NCBI GenBank assembly: GCA_021513695.1
Contig: CP084166.1
Coordinates: forward strand, 2,688,001-2,752,000
Source: Candidatus Heimdallarchaeum aukensis
GTDB taxonomy: Archaea > Asgardarchaeota > Heimdallarchaeia > Heimdallarchaeales > Heimdallarchaeaceae
Length of the DNA stretch: 64,000 nucleotides
Direction: 5' to 3'
The notes under the pieces are model-generated. The model saw nothing but the letters and a program-made list of their open reading frames with translations. It was not told the DNA's origin and searched no databases. This document shows, one piece after another, positions 9,931-19,719 of this stretch. Both the position numbers and the translations under genes were made by a program. Every line of letters begins with the position of its first letter. Positions within the stretch are counted from its first letter, which is position 1.

Positions 9931-10728
9931 TCAAAAAGTTGGATTCCACTCAAATCTTCTTTGAATATATATTTGTTCAAATCCGAGACTATAATATAAT
10001 TGTTCTGCCTTACTGTTTAATACAGTTTGAAGGCAAAATTCTAAATCTTTGTCTTCAATCAATTTTTCTGAAATGAAGTTCGATAACATAGCTTTAGCAT
10101 AACCCCTTCTTTGAAAACGTTTTTTAGTTCCAACTCCATAAATTCCAATGAGTTCTTCAGTCTTTATACTGCAAAAACATGATATGTCCTTTCCTGAAAC
10201 AACTCCTACATAAAAAGAAATGTTATTCTTCATTTGAAGAAGAACCATGTCCGAAATATATTTCTTTAAACTTCTTGGATATTGAAAAGCATCAAAAAAA
10301 ACATTAACCCATCTGTTGTAATTTTTTTCTGTTAATTCATCAATTTGTAAGGCATTATTTCTGAAATAATTAATTTTATCAAATTTTGTAAGAGACATTA
10401 CATCTACATCAGTTAGAGACCTAAGAAAACCTTTTTCTCTAAGAACTTTTGCGTTGTAATTATAATTGGAATCCTGTGGAATTTTTACTGTAAAATACTT
10501 TTTTCCATTATCAAAAAAAGAGAAACATTGTTCAAGAAACAGATCAAATTCAGAAGACCCCAAATGTGTTGGAGTAATATAACTGTAGGTGTCGATTGTA
10601 TTATTTTTTAAAAAATAGCCATATTTATTGTGAAAAACTTCTGAATTGGGCATAAAACTATAAAATAAATACTCGTTAAAATCATATTTCTTTCTTATAT
10701 CAATTTTTGATTGAGACATTAGATTCAA
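9931..10728 (-). CDS. GNAT-family N-acetyltransferase
   Basis: The C-terminal 'IGIYGVGTKKRFQRRGYAKAMLSNFI...LYYSLGFE' matches GNAT motifs A/B. Confidence 0.5.
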   Translation of the reverse strand: MNLMSQSKIDIRKKYDFNEYLFYSFMPNSEVFHNKYGYFLKNNTIDTYSYITPTHLGSSEFDLFLEQCFSFFDNGKKYFTVKIPQDSNYNYNAKVLREKGFLRSLTDVDVMSLTKFDKINYFRNNALQIDELTEKNYNRWVNVFFDAFQYPRSLKKYISDMVLLQMKNNISFYVGVVSGKDISCFCSIKTEELIGIYGVGTKKRFQRRGYAKAMLSNFISEKLIEDKDLEFCLQTVLNSKAEQLYYSLGFEQIYIQRRFEWNPTF

Positions 10729-10849
10729 CAGAACTTATTTCGATTAAGAGCTTATTATAGTTTCCTTTTCTTAATTAAGATACTAGCTCAAATTTAATAA
10801 ATTAGCAAAAGATTTTAAAGCACTCTTTTTTTTGCAAATATGAAATATA

Positions 10850-11128
10850 ATGAGCACAAAAACAGAAAGAAGTTTCGCTAAAGAAGTAGGGAGAGCAATT
10901 ATTGGAGCTCTAGTTCTAATAGTCTTACTAGTTATATGGTTACTTTGGGATAAAATATATCATGTTTTCTACAATGATTTGTTCCCTAACGCACCTAAAG
11001 GAACGCTTTTGATTTATTGGTTGTTGTTCTTGTTTCCAATAACTTTTGGAGGAATCTCTTTACTGATCGATGGAGGATACAAAGCTTATAAAATAGCCGT
11101 TCCTGAAAAAGAAGAAGAGGAAGAATAA
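10850..11128 (+). CDS. Small membrane protein (2 predicted TM helices, acidic C-terminus)
   Basis: 92 aa with two long hydrophobic stretches and a poly-Glu tail. No family recognised. Confidence 0.35.
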   Translation: MSTKTERSFAKEVGRAIIGALVLIVLLVIWLLWDKIYHVFYNDLFPNAPKGTLLIYWLLFLFPITFGGISLLIDGGYKAYKIAVPEKEEEEE

Positions 11129-11201
11129 TCTAAACAAAATATTTTTTTAGTTTTTCTACATTATTTCACTAAAAGGTTCAACTCTTTATTTTGGTGAAGC
11201 A

Positions 11202-12233
11202 ATGTTTGAAATTGATCTAAGAATTCAAAAGGTAATAAAGAAAGTACTAAAAAACAATTTAGCATTACAAGACGGTGAAAAGTTTCTAATAGCTACTGAT
11301 TATCCATCTACCTTAGATTTAAAGTACAAGGAACCAGAAATTCTTCAGAGAATTTTTGCAAGAAATTTTCTTGCTCGATTTATCCAAAAAATCGCAAAGG
11401 ATAAGTTTCCTAATGTAAAAACTGATTTTATTGCTTATCAATGTCCTTGGGTACATTACCCTGAAAAGATAGATGATTTAGTTGATAAGGTTAAAAATTA
11501 TGATGTATGTTATATTCTTTCAGAGTTTTCTGTCTGGAATATTTTTAGATCTAAAGATTCAAAATTAATAACTAAAACTAGATTTGCTTTTTCTCCAAGT
11601 TGTGATGAAACCATTTTTCGCCCACATGGCCCTTTAGATATCGATAGTAACAAACTTGAAAGAAATGTAATGAATACTTATGCAAAGATCAATAAAGGAA
11701 AAAATGTAAGAATATGGAATCATATAGGCACAAATTTAGAAATAAATTTAACAGAATATAAATCTAGAATTGCCTATGAATCAGGTATCATAAATTATCC
11801 TGGGAAAAAGTCCAATCTTCCTGCTGGCGAAGTACTTATTATGAACCCTGATATTAACGGCACTTATGTAGTTCCTGCTGGTTGGATAGAAGAACTAAAA
11901 TCTAATCTTGTTATTGAGATTAGGAATAGTGAAATAACAAAGATCTACCAGCAGGGAGAAGGAAATTGGATAGAAAATAATTATTTTCTAGTTAAATATC
12001 CTAACAAAATCTCATTTTTCTCTATTGGTCATAACTATCAAGCCAACAACCCTTTTCTAATAATTGAGATGCTAAAAATGAGAGGATTGGCTTCAATAAA
12101 GATTAACAATCGAGGGCTAAGACAACTAGATATTCTGAACACTAAAGTTTTCACAGGTCATTTTCCCTCTCCAAATATTTATCTTGAGGTAGACGGGGAA
12201 GAAATATTCCGTAATGGACAATTCATGCTATAG
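11202..12233 (+). CDS. Hypothetical protein, 343 aa
   Basis: Long ORF with an upstream Shine-Dalgarno-like context. No confident domain assignment. Confidence 0.35.
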   Translation: MFEIDLRIQKVIKKVLKNNLALQDGEKFLIATDYPSTLDLKYKEPEILQRIFARNFLARFIQKIAKDKFPNVKTDFIAYQCPWVHYPEKIDDLVDKVKNYDVCYILSEFSVWNIFRSKDSKLITKTRFAFSPSCDETIFRPHGPLDIDSNKLERNVMNTYAKINKGKNVRIWNHIGTNLEINLTEYKSRIAYESGIINYPGKKSNLPAGEVLIMNPDINGTYVVPAGWIEELKSNLVIEIRNSEITKIYQQGEGNWIENNYFLVKYPNKISFFSIGHNYQANNPFLIIEMLKMRGLASIKINNRGLRQLDILNTKVFTGHFPSPNIYLEVDGEEIFRNGQFML

Positions 12234-12320
12234 CATATTTTAATTAACAGAACTCAAGTTTTATCATATAAAAGAAAATTGAAAAAATAAACGAAAATAA
12301 ATGAAATAAAATTTTAAATT

Positions 12321-12554
12321 TTATTGCTCAACACATATCATTGTCATCGTTGAACGAACATTATCTAATGCACGAAGATTTTCAGTAACAATCTTTTTCA
12401 AAGATTCTGTGTCTTCTGCTTCAATTTTTGCAATTAGATCATATACTCCGTATACTACGTGAGCTTCTTTCACATTAGGAAGTTCTAATAACTGCTCCAT
12501 TACGTTATTTTCCTCCCCAATTTCGCTATTTATTAAAATAAAAGCTGTTGCCAT
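12321..12554 (-). CDS. Stand-alone RAM (Lrp/AsnC C-terminal ligand-binding) domain protein
   Basis: 77 aa 'ILINSEIGEENNVMEQLLELPNVKEAHVVYGVYDLIAKIEA' matches the AsnC_trans_reg RAM fold pattern. No HTH. Confidence 0.55.
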   Translation of the reverse strand: MATAFILINSEIGEENNVMEQLLELPNVKEAHVVYGVYDLIAKIEAEDTESLKKIVTENLRALDNVRSTMTMICVEQ

Positions 12555-12806
12555 TCTTTCATCACCAATATTAGTTCTATATGTATGTATATTTTAATAT
12601 TAATAAACTTTATTCCTAAAATATACTTTCTACTCATTTATTGGTAATAGGATACGGGTATTTTATACATATCTTATATTTTTAATTAACTAGTGATGTT
12701 ATTTATTAAAGAACTTTTATTTTCAAAACTAGTCAAAGTGGTGAAAAAATTTAGTCTATTGAGAAAATAAAGAAAAGAATTTAAGTTAGAGAGAAAAGGA
12801 AAAAAT

Positions 12807-13244
12807 ATGGAAGACATATCAAAGTTAAATGAAAACTGTTTTGCTTGTGGAAAAAACAATCCTATAGGCCCTAAATTACAGTTTCGTATTAATTCTGAAA
12901 ATCAAGTAGAAACAAGTTTTACTCCCCCACAAGAATGGAGCGGTTGGGGAGAAATAGTTCACGGGGGATTACAGACTGTGATTCTAGATGAAATTTCAGC
13001 TTGGGCAATTGTTCTTCTAACAAAAAAATTTACTCTGACGATAAAAGCAAACGTTGAATTTTTAAGGCCTGTGTATGTTAATGAAAGCCTAACAGCTACA
13101 GCAAAAATTGAAAAAATTGAAGATGACATTATCTATGTATCTAGTGTAATTTTAAATGAAAAAGAGAAAATATGTACAAAAGGTCGATTTATTTTTAAAG
13201 AAGTTTCAGAAGAAAAACTTGCAAGCGTAGCCGTTAAAAGATAA
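12807..13244 (+). CDS. Hotdog-fold thioesterase (PaaI/YbgC-like) with an N-terminal CxxC
   Basis: 'CFACGKNNPIGPKLQF ... GWGEIVHGGLQTVILDEISAWA' is a typical PaaI-type pattern. Confidence 0.55.
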   Translation: MEDISKLNENCFACGKNNPIGPKLQFRINSENQVETSFTPPQEWSGWGEIVHGGLQTVILDEISAWAIVLLTKKFTLTIKANVEFLRPVYVNESLTATAKIEKIEDDIIYVSSVILNEKEKICTKGRFIFKEVSEEKLASVAVKR

Positions 13245-13382
13245 AAGATTCTTCATATTTCTCTTGTTTTTTCGTTTTTTGTAAAAATTTTTTACAATTA
13301 CGAATATTTATGAAAAATATTTATAGAAGGAATATTTTTGAATATTACTGATATGGGGATTGAGAATATATGGGGAAAATAA

Positions 13383-14810
13383 ATGAAAAATGAACATAGG
13401 CTACTACGTAAATTTGAAGAAATGGAAAAAGAACAAAAAATAGCTGAAATTGTTGAAAGTTCTGTAGATAAAAAGGAAGATAATTTAACAGATTTTGAAT
13501 TCTATAGTATTTTATACATTAAAGCTAGAGCTAATTTTATTCTTAGGAATTTTGAAGAAGCAAAAAAGTTTCTCTCTCAAATAGAAAAGTGGGCGATAGA
13601 TCATAATATTGAGTTATTTGTAAAAAGTAAAGTGTTAGAAGCTAATTGCTGTACTATTACAGGACAGTTGGTTGAAGCACAGAAAATTTTCGAAGAAATT
13701 TTCACGAAATATCCTGAAATAAAAGAATACCCTTTTTACACAAACATAATTATTAACTACGGACACACTTTTTTCTATCAAGGTAAGATTATTGATGCAA
13801 ATAATCAATATATAAAGGCTTTAACTATAGCTAAAGAACGAAATCTCCGTCAGGATAAAATAAAAAATAATCTTGCTCTAACATATACTCAATTAGGTAA
13901 TTATGAGAAGGCTATAGAATTATTAGAAGAAGTCATCAAAGAAAAAGAAAGAATGAATGATTTTCAAGGATGGACTATTGCCAAAGTTAACTTAGGTTCG
14001 ATATGTAGCTACCATGGTGATTTTCAAAGAGCTAATGAAAATATTGACATTGCAATAAAATTTGCTGAAGAAAAATTGTTCATAAGAGAGCTAGCAGGAG
14101 CTCATTCAGCTAAAGGTTTGGTTTTGCTTAAAGAAAAGAAGGTGTTAAAAGCCCAACAACATTTAGAAAAAGCAAAATCCATACTTGAACAGATTAATGT
14201 TAAAGATATTCTTCCTGAAGTGCTAGTAAGGCTAGGCTTCATATATTTTCTACTTGGTGAATATGAAAGAGTTGAACCTATTATCGACACTATTGAAAAA
14301 TTTGCTGAGGAACAAAAAAGTACTCTTTTCTTAGTCTGGGGTATCTGTTTGGAAACAATGGTGAGATTCGAAAAAAATCAAGACAAAAATGCCTTAAGGC
14401 AGATTGAAAATGTTCTTGATATTTCATTAGAGTTTAATATTATTCCTGCTTTCATTCAAGCATCAGTTTTAGCTCTCTATATCTATGCTGCAATTGAAGA
14501 TGTTGAACAGGTAAATGAAATATCAATTCGTGCTCTAAAAGTAGTTGAAGAGAAAGAGATAAAACTTGTCCAAATCCAACTTTACATCATTTTATGTTTT
14601 GTAAATTTGATTCTAAATAATAATAAGGCACTTATGAAGTATTTCAATAAATTATCAAAATTAAACAAAGAAAATTTATACCCTGATGATATTAAAAAAT
14701 TAAACTATTTTGTTGAAAATAGAAGAAAAACAAACAATTCTGATAATATAGACAATGAAATTCGTAATGTACTTATCGATTTTCTTCAAAGAATAAGTCC
14801 TTGGTTTTAA
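13383..14810 (+). CDS. TPR-repeat protein
   Basis: Repeated 34-aa-like units such as 'NNLALTYTQLGNYEKAIELLEEVI'. Confidence 0.55.
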   Translation: MKNEHRLLRKFEEMEKEQKIAEIVESSVDKKEDNLTDFEFYSILYIKARANFILRNFEEAKKFLSQIEKWAIDHNIELFVKSKVLEANCCTITGQLVEAQKIFEEIFTKYPEIKEYPFYTNIIINYGHTFFYQGKIIDANNQYIKALTIAKERNLRQDKIKNNLALTYTQLGNYEKAIELLEEVIKEKERMNDFQGWTIAKVNLGSICSYHGDFQRANENIDIAIKFAEEKLFIRELAGAHSAKGLVLLKEKKVLKAQQHLEKAKSILEQINVKDILPEVLVRLGFIYFLLGEYERVEPIIDTIEKFAEEQKSTLFLVWGICLETMVRFEKNQDKNALRQIENVLDISLEFNIIPAFIQASVLALYIYAAIEDVEQVNEISIRALKVVEEKEIKLVQIQLYIILCFVNLILNNNKALMKYFNKLSKLNKENLYPDDIKKLNYFVENRRKTNNSDNIDNEIRNVLIDFLQRISPWF

Positions 14811-14984
14811 CTTATTCCACTGTTTTATTTTTTTACTTATTCTCGCGTTTTATACCTAAGAAGTTGTTTTTCACAATGTAATTTTTTTATTAGTAACATT
14901 TATATCAAATAAAGACAATTTCATAATGTTACACTTTTGAGTATAAATTTTATCCTCATTTTGTAACTTAAAAGGTGAGATAAT

Positions 14985-15404
14985 ATGTTTGATACTGTTG
15001 GCGAATGGCTAGATAAAATGGAATTGAAATATCAAAAAAATGAAGAAAAAAGAACTTTTGTTCTTCCTTATGACATTAACAATGTGAAATTTATGGTTAT
15101 TATCCTTGTTTTTCCTGAAAAATGGATAAAAATAGGAGCACTAATAATGAAGGCAGAAAAAGTCGTGGAAGAAATGTATTTAGCTCTACTTCAAGAAAAT
15201 TGGAACTTGTTTGAAGTTACATATTCTGTTGACGAACAAGGAAATATTTTTTCAGAAAATGATATACCCCATACATCCAATTATGAAAACTTTGTGTCTG
15301 AATTTCAAGCTGTTATTTTTGGTGTGATAAACTTTTTCGATAAAATTGCACCTAAATTCCAAGCTAAAGCGGTAGACACTTACAACTCAGAAGCATGGGT
15401 TTAG
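14985..15404 (+). CDS. Hypothetical protein, 139 aa
   Basis: Upstream 'aaaaggtgagataatATG' ribosome-binding context. No confident family. Confidence 0.3.
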   Translation: MFDTVGEWLDKMELKYQKNEEKRTFVLPYDINNVKFMVIILVFPEKWIKIGALIMKAEKVVEEMYLALLQENWNLFEVTYSVDEQGNIFSENDIPHTSNYENFVSEFQAVIFGVINFFDKIAPKFQAKAVDTYNSEAWV

Positions 15405-15435
15405 TTCTAATTTTGTTTCTATCTTTTTTATCCAT

Positions 15436-16671
15436 TTATTTTGGTTTTTTTATTAGAAGATAACCAAGAGAACTGATAAATCTTCCAACTGTTATTACAG
15501 TCAATAAGAAAACAATCGCTTTCCATTTTCCCAAAGAACTAAACATTATCTCTGCAATTAAACCAAATATTAAAGAACCTAAGAATGTTGATACCCCAAG
15601 AAAAAGGTTGTAGATTCCAGTATATGTCCCTTTTTCTTCAGTAGCCGCACAATCAAGAATAAAACTATTTTGCCCTACAATAAAGATCGCGTTACTCATT
15701 CCTGAAACAGCTGAACCGATAGCTATTATCCACCAATAAGGCCACCAGAGAACAGTAAAAATAAGGTTTAGAGGGATGTAAAACATAAAAACTCTACCAA
15801 AGAAAAGCAATGTTTTTCTGGGGATTATATTTATTATTTTGCTTAATATGAGTAGGGTCAATATTTGTGTTACACTAAAAGCTGCCCAAATAAACGTGTT
15901 TTCTTGAGCAGTAGCGTACTCAGCTCTAACAAAACTAAAAATAGGCCAGCCTGCAGCCATAAAGAAAAACATAATTGAGTTTACGTAAACGAATCTTCTA
16001 AATTCTTTATTCTTTTTAACTGGTGCTAATGAAAAAACAGTTTTTTCTTGAAGTTTCTTTACTGGAGGGTCAAAAATAAATAGACTTACACAAGCACTTA
16101 ATAAAAATAATAAAGCAGTGACACGCAAAATAATCGAGTATTGTTTAAAAGTTGTGTCTCCTAAGCTTCCTAGCTGTCCAATAATTAAAAGAGAAGAAAG
16201 AGTTGCTATCGCTCCAACTATAGTAATCATACTGATTAGACCTGCTCTATTAGCTCTATTTGTCAAATCACCTTGTAAGGCAGTAAAAGCTGGATAGTAA
16301 ATAGCATAACCAAATGAAAAAATAATTACGGCTATTAAAAGAACCCAACCTTTTGAAATAAAAGGAAAGGTAAAAAGAGCTAGCCCGGAAAATAGAAAAC
16401 CAAAAATTAACATGATTTTTCTACCAATTCTATCAGATATTCTTCCAAATGTTGATTGAAAAATTTGCTGAATCAGGTTTCTACTTGAAGTAATTAGGGA
16501 AATTATGGCCGGAGACGAACCGATTATAACAGCAAAGAGTTCAATAAAAAGCCTAGCAATAAAACTAGCAGCTGTTCCAAAGCCTGTAATAAGGTAAAGA
16601 ACTGTTTTACTGAAATTTGAAGAAGAATAGAATGTTCTGTATCTAGCATAAATTTTTTTGAAATCAGTCAT
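15436..16671 (-). CDS. MFS-family transporter
   Basis: 411 aa with about 12 hydrophobic helices. 'GRISDRIGRK' is an MFS loop 2-3 signature. Confidence 0.7.
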   Translation of the reverse strand: MTDFKKIYARYRTFYSSSNFSKTVLYLITGFGTAASFIARLFIELFAVIIGSSPAIISLITSSRNLIQQIFQSTFGRISDRIGRKIMLIFGFLFSGLALFTFPFISKGWVLLIAVIIFSFGYAIYYPAFTALQGDLTNRANRAGLISMITIVGAIATLSSLLIIGQLGSLGDTTFKQYSIILRVTALLFLLSACVSLFIFDPPVKKLQEKTVFSLAPVKKNKEFRRFVYVNSIMFFFMAAGWPIFSFVRAEYATAQENTFIWAAFSVTQILTLLILSKIINIIPRKTLLFFGRVFMFYIPLNLIFTVLWWPYWWIIAIGSAVSGMSNAIFIVGQNSFILDCAATEEKGTYTGIYNLFLGVSTFLGSLIFGLIAEIMFSSLGKWKAIVFLLTVITVGRFISSLGYLLIKKPK

Positions 16672-16778
16672 TATTCCATAAATAAGAAAATTGTTTTTAA
16701 ATTTAAGTTTTCACAACTTATTAATCAACGATTTAAAAGTTCCTGTTGTTAAACCTATAAGTATTTATTCAATTCTTT

Positions 16779-17927
16779 CTATTTATCCTTTTTCTTTTCA
16801 ATATAGGAATAGAAGATTGTATCTATTTCATTTAGTATTATTAGAATTTTTTCTAAGTTAACTTTCATTAAGGAATTGTCAGGCATATTTACTTCAGTTT
16901 CAAAAATTAATACTTGAATAGGATTTCGTAGCCCATCAATAAGAGTTTCTAAATAATCATAACTGTTCTCTAGAAAAGAAAACATTTTGTTACTTTTATC
17001 TTTTTCAACTTCTATTTCCTTATTTCTAGATCTTAACTTACTCTTAATATTAAGTACTCTTAAGGTAAAATATGAAATTATTATAGTTGCAAATCCCAAA
17101 AAAATTTTTATGAATAGAATTAAGTAGTTTTCTTCAGTCTCGAAATAGTTTCTTAAACAATCGTAGTATGATGAATCTTTATCTTGTTTAAGTTCAGAGA
17201 GATAGTGATCTATTGTTCCAAGTAAATAATACTTATTTAAATTATCTTTTCCTGAAGAAAATTTCAAACTAAGAGGGTTAAAAATTATATCTAGCTCTCT
17301 AACTTTTGTGTTTTTCAATTTATAATTATAAAATAAGTTATTTACAACTCCTGCATCTAACTTGTGCTTATCTTCTAAATCTTCAATTAAGTCATCGTAA
17401 TTTTGATACTCTATAAAGGAGCTTTCTATTTTGTATTCATTGAGCAAGTTCTTAATTCCATTATTACTTTTATACATAGGATCATCAACTACAACTCCTA
17501 TTCTTTTATGATGAAGATCAAAAATTGTGTGTATTTCAGAACTAGTTGTTACTACTACTCCCATAGTTGATATAACTGTTTCATTGTTAAATTCTAGACT
17601 ATTATATGTATCAAAAGAGTAGTCAACTGCTAGAATAATGTCAATCTCATTACGAATTGTTTTATTATACACATCAGAAAAAGTTCCAAAATAATAATTG
17701 ATTTTCCAATTTACTTTTAAACCAATATATTCGATTAGATCAATAAAAATCCCTTTTATTGCATCATCTTCTTTAAATGAAAAGGGAGGATTATTGTAAA
17801 TACCTATAGAAACTTCTGTTTGATTGACATCAAAATTGATTGAGGATACATTAATGTAACCTATAGGAAATATAAAGAAACAAACAATAAGAAAAAAAAT
17901 AAAAGGTTTTTTTTTGTATAAATTCAT
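16779..17927 (-). CDS. Membrane sensor-like protein. Signal peptide/TM, extracellular solute-binding (SBP_bac_3-like) domain, one TM, and a short cytoplasmic helical region resembling a degenerate HisKA/DHp. No ATPase domain.
   Basis: 'SIGIYNNPPFSFKEDDAIKGIFIDLIEYIGLKV' resembles family-3 SBPs. The TM is 'LILFIKIFLGFATIIISYF'. The cytoplasmic stretch 'FSFLENSYDYLETLIDGLRNPIQV' is H-box-like but has Tyr where His is expected. Confidence 0.4.
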   Translation of the reverse strand: MNLYKKKPFIFFLIVCFFIFPIGYINVSSINFDVNQTEVSIGIYNNPPFSFKEDDAIKGIFIDLIEYIGLKVNWKINYYFGTFSDVYNKTIRNEIDIILAVDYSFDTYNSLEFNNETVISTMGVVVTTSSEIHTIFDLHHKRIGVVVDDPMYKSNNGIKNLLNEYKIESSFIEYQNYDDLIEDLEDKHKLDAGVVNNLFYNYKLKNTKVRELDIIFNPLSLKFSSGKDNLNKYYLLGTIDHYLSELKQDKDSSYYDCLRNYFETEENYLILFIKIFLGFATIIISYFTLRVLNIKSKLRSRNKEIEVEKDKSNKMFSFLENSYDYLETLIDGLRNPIQVLIFETEVNMPDNSLMKVNLEKILIILNEIDTIFYSYIEKKKDK

Positions 17928-18316
17928 TTTTCTAACACAATACAGAAAATATTATTATAGTATTCTAAGTATTTCATCTTAATAAAAATTATGATGTGCT
18001 AATTTTTGAACTTTAAACATAAAAAAGTTCTTTACTAAAATGATTCAAATTATTTGTTAAATTAAATTAAGGTACAAGATATTTGGAAATCAAAACATAT
18101 GCAAATGATTTATTTAATAAAGAAATAATTTATCCTAATACATTATATTAGTTACTGCTGTAACAACGATCTCTGTTAATAACTTTTTTTTTCATAATTT
18201 GCAATTAAACTCTTTATGTAATTCTTTTAATGTCAACTATATTACCACTTAAAAACAAAATTTGTCAAATAATAATATTTATTTTTTTCAGTATTATAAA
18301 TTTTAATAGATAATAA

Positions 18317-18676
18317 ATGAAAATTTTAATCGTGGACGATGATGAAAATATTCGATTTATTTTTTCTAAAGTGTTACAAGGTTATTGTATTAAAACAGCA
18401 ATTAATGGTTTAGAAGCTGTTGAAACTTCGATATCTTGGAATCCTGATTTAATACTAATGGATATTCGTATGCCTATAATGGATGGTATTGAAGCAGCAA
18501 TAAAAATTAAAAATATTAACGAAAATCAGAAAATTATTGGAATTTCAGCTTATAGTGAAATAGAATCTGAACATTTGGAAAACAATCCATTTACTTCTTT
18601 TTTACGAAAACCAATTTCAATTAATCAATTACGTGAAGAAGTGGAAAAGTATTTACAACATAATAAATTTTTGTAG
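18317..18676 (+). CDS. Stand-alone response-regulator receiver (CheY-like)
   Basis: 'MKILIVDDDENIRFIF...DLILMDIRMPIMDG...IGISAY...FLRKP' has all the conserved D/D/T-S/K positions. Confidence 0.75.
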   Translation: MKILIVDDDENIRFIFSKVLQGYCIKTAINGLEAVETSISWNPDLILMDIRMPIMDGIEAAIKIKNINENQKIIGISAYSEIESEHLENNPFTSFLRKPISINQLREEVEKYLQHNKFL

Positions 18677-18863
18677 TTAAATTTTTATCTAATTTTCTTA
18701 ACAAACTTGGTTTTTTATTGAAAGAATAGTAATTAATCTTTATAAGATGCGATTAGCTCAGTATTACTATTCATTTAAACTATAAAATATATTGATACGA
18801 AGTGTATCTTAATCTTTATTAATGAGAAAGAGAAAAGTATACACTTAACAAAGAGGGAAACAA

Positions 18864-19625
18864 TTGGAATTGCTAGGTATAAACTCTTTACCTTCAATTG
18901 AAATATCCTTGAAAAGAAAAGAAAGAATCAAAGAAAGTAAAAGTCAACTAGTTTTAGGCTATCATGATGAAAAGTGGAATATTATAACTTCCACCGATCG
19001 AAGAGAAGAAATAGAAAATTTAAAGACTTACAAAGGAACTACAGTTATCTCCTCATTGGTAAATAAAGGTAAGATAGTAAGTGAAGATACATTAAGAAAA
19101 CAGCTGTTCCAAAAATACTGGTTTTTCAGTATGAAAGGAGATGTAAATATTATAAAGTTGGTCGATGATATTTATAACCGTAGCTTTCCCATTTTTTTAG
19201 AAAATTTTGTTCCTAATTCTGATTCTGAAGAAGAGTTAATTTTTTCAATCATTCTAGAAGGTATTTCTAAAATCAGATATAATATTCATGAAGAAAAAAT
19301 AGCTCTTAAACTTAAAGAAATACTTAGTTGGATTGAACCTTATGGAAAAATATGTTTTTTGCTCTCTGATGGAAATTCTATGTTTGCATATAGATCTGCT
19401 CCTGCTCTATACTATAACCAAGTAGAAAAACCTCTGTTCTCTAGTATTTCTGTTTCTCTTGACATGTATGAACTAAATTTACATACTAAAAATCTGAAAA
19501 AATTAGTTCTCATATCTTCGTCCCCGAAAGAGAGAGAAAATTGGTCTTTGATGGAAAGAGGAAAAGTTTACTGCTTTTGTGGTGGAGAAGATATAAGCAA
19601 TAAAGAGAAAGTCTATTGGAGATAA
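18864..19625 (+). CDS. Hypothetical protein, 253 aa (TTG start as listed)
   Basis: Long ORF. It weakly resembles class-II amidotransferase-like folds but has no N-terminal Cys, so no call is made. Confidence 0.3.
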   Translation: MELLGINSLPSIEISLKRKERIKESKSQLVLGYHDEKWNIITSTDRREEIENLKTYKGTTVISSLVNKGKIVSEDTLRKQLFQKYWFFSMKGDVNIIKLVDDIYNRSFPIFLENFVPNSDSEEELIFSIILEGISKIRYNIHEEKIALKLKEILSWIEPYGKICFLLSDGNSMFAYRSAPALYYNQVEKPLFSSISVSLDMYELNLHTKNLKKLVLISSSPKERENWSLMERGKVYCFCGGEDISNKEKVYWR

Positions 19626-19719
19626 TAGAATTATTTCTCCTAGATTTATTCTCGAAATAAAAGTTCTAATTATTAATGTCCTAAATAAAAAGTAAAAAAG
19701 AAAAAAAAAGAATTTGATG

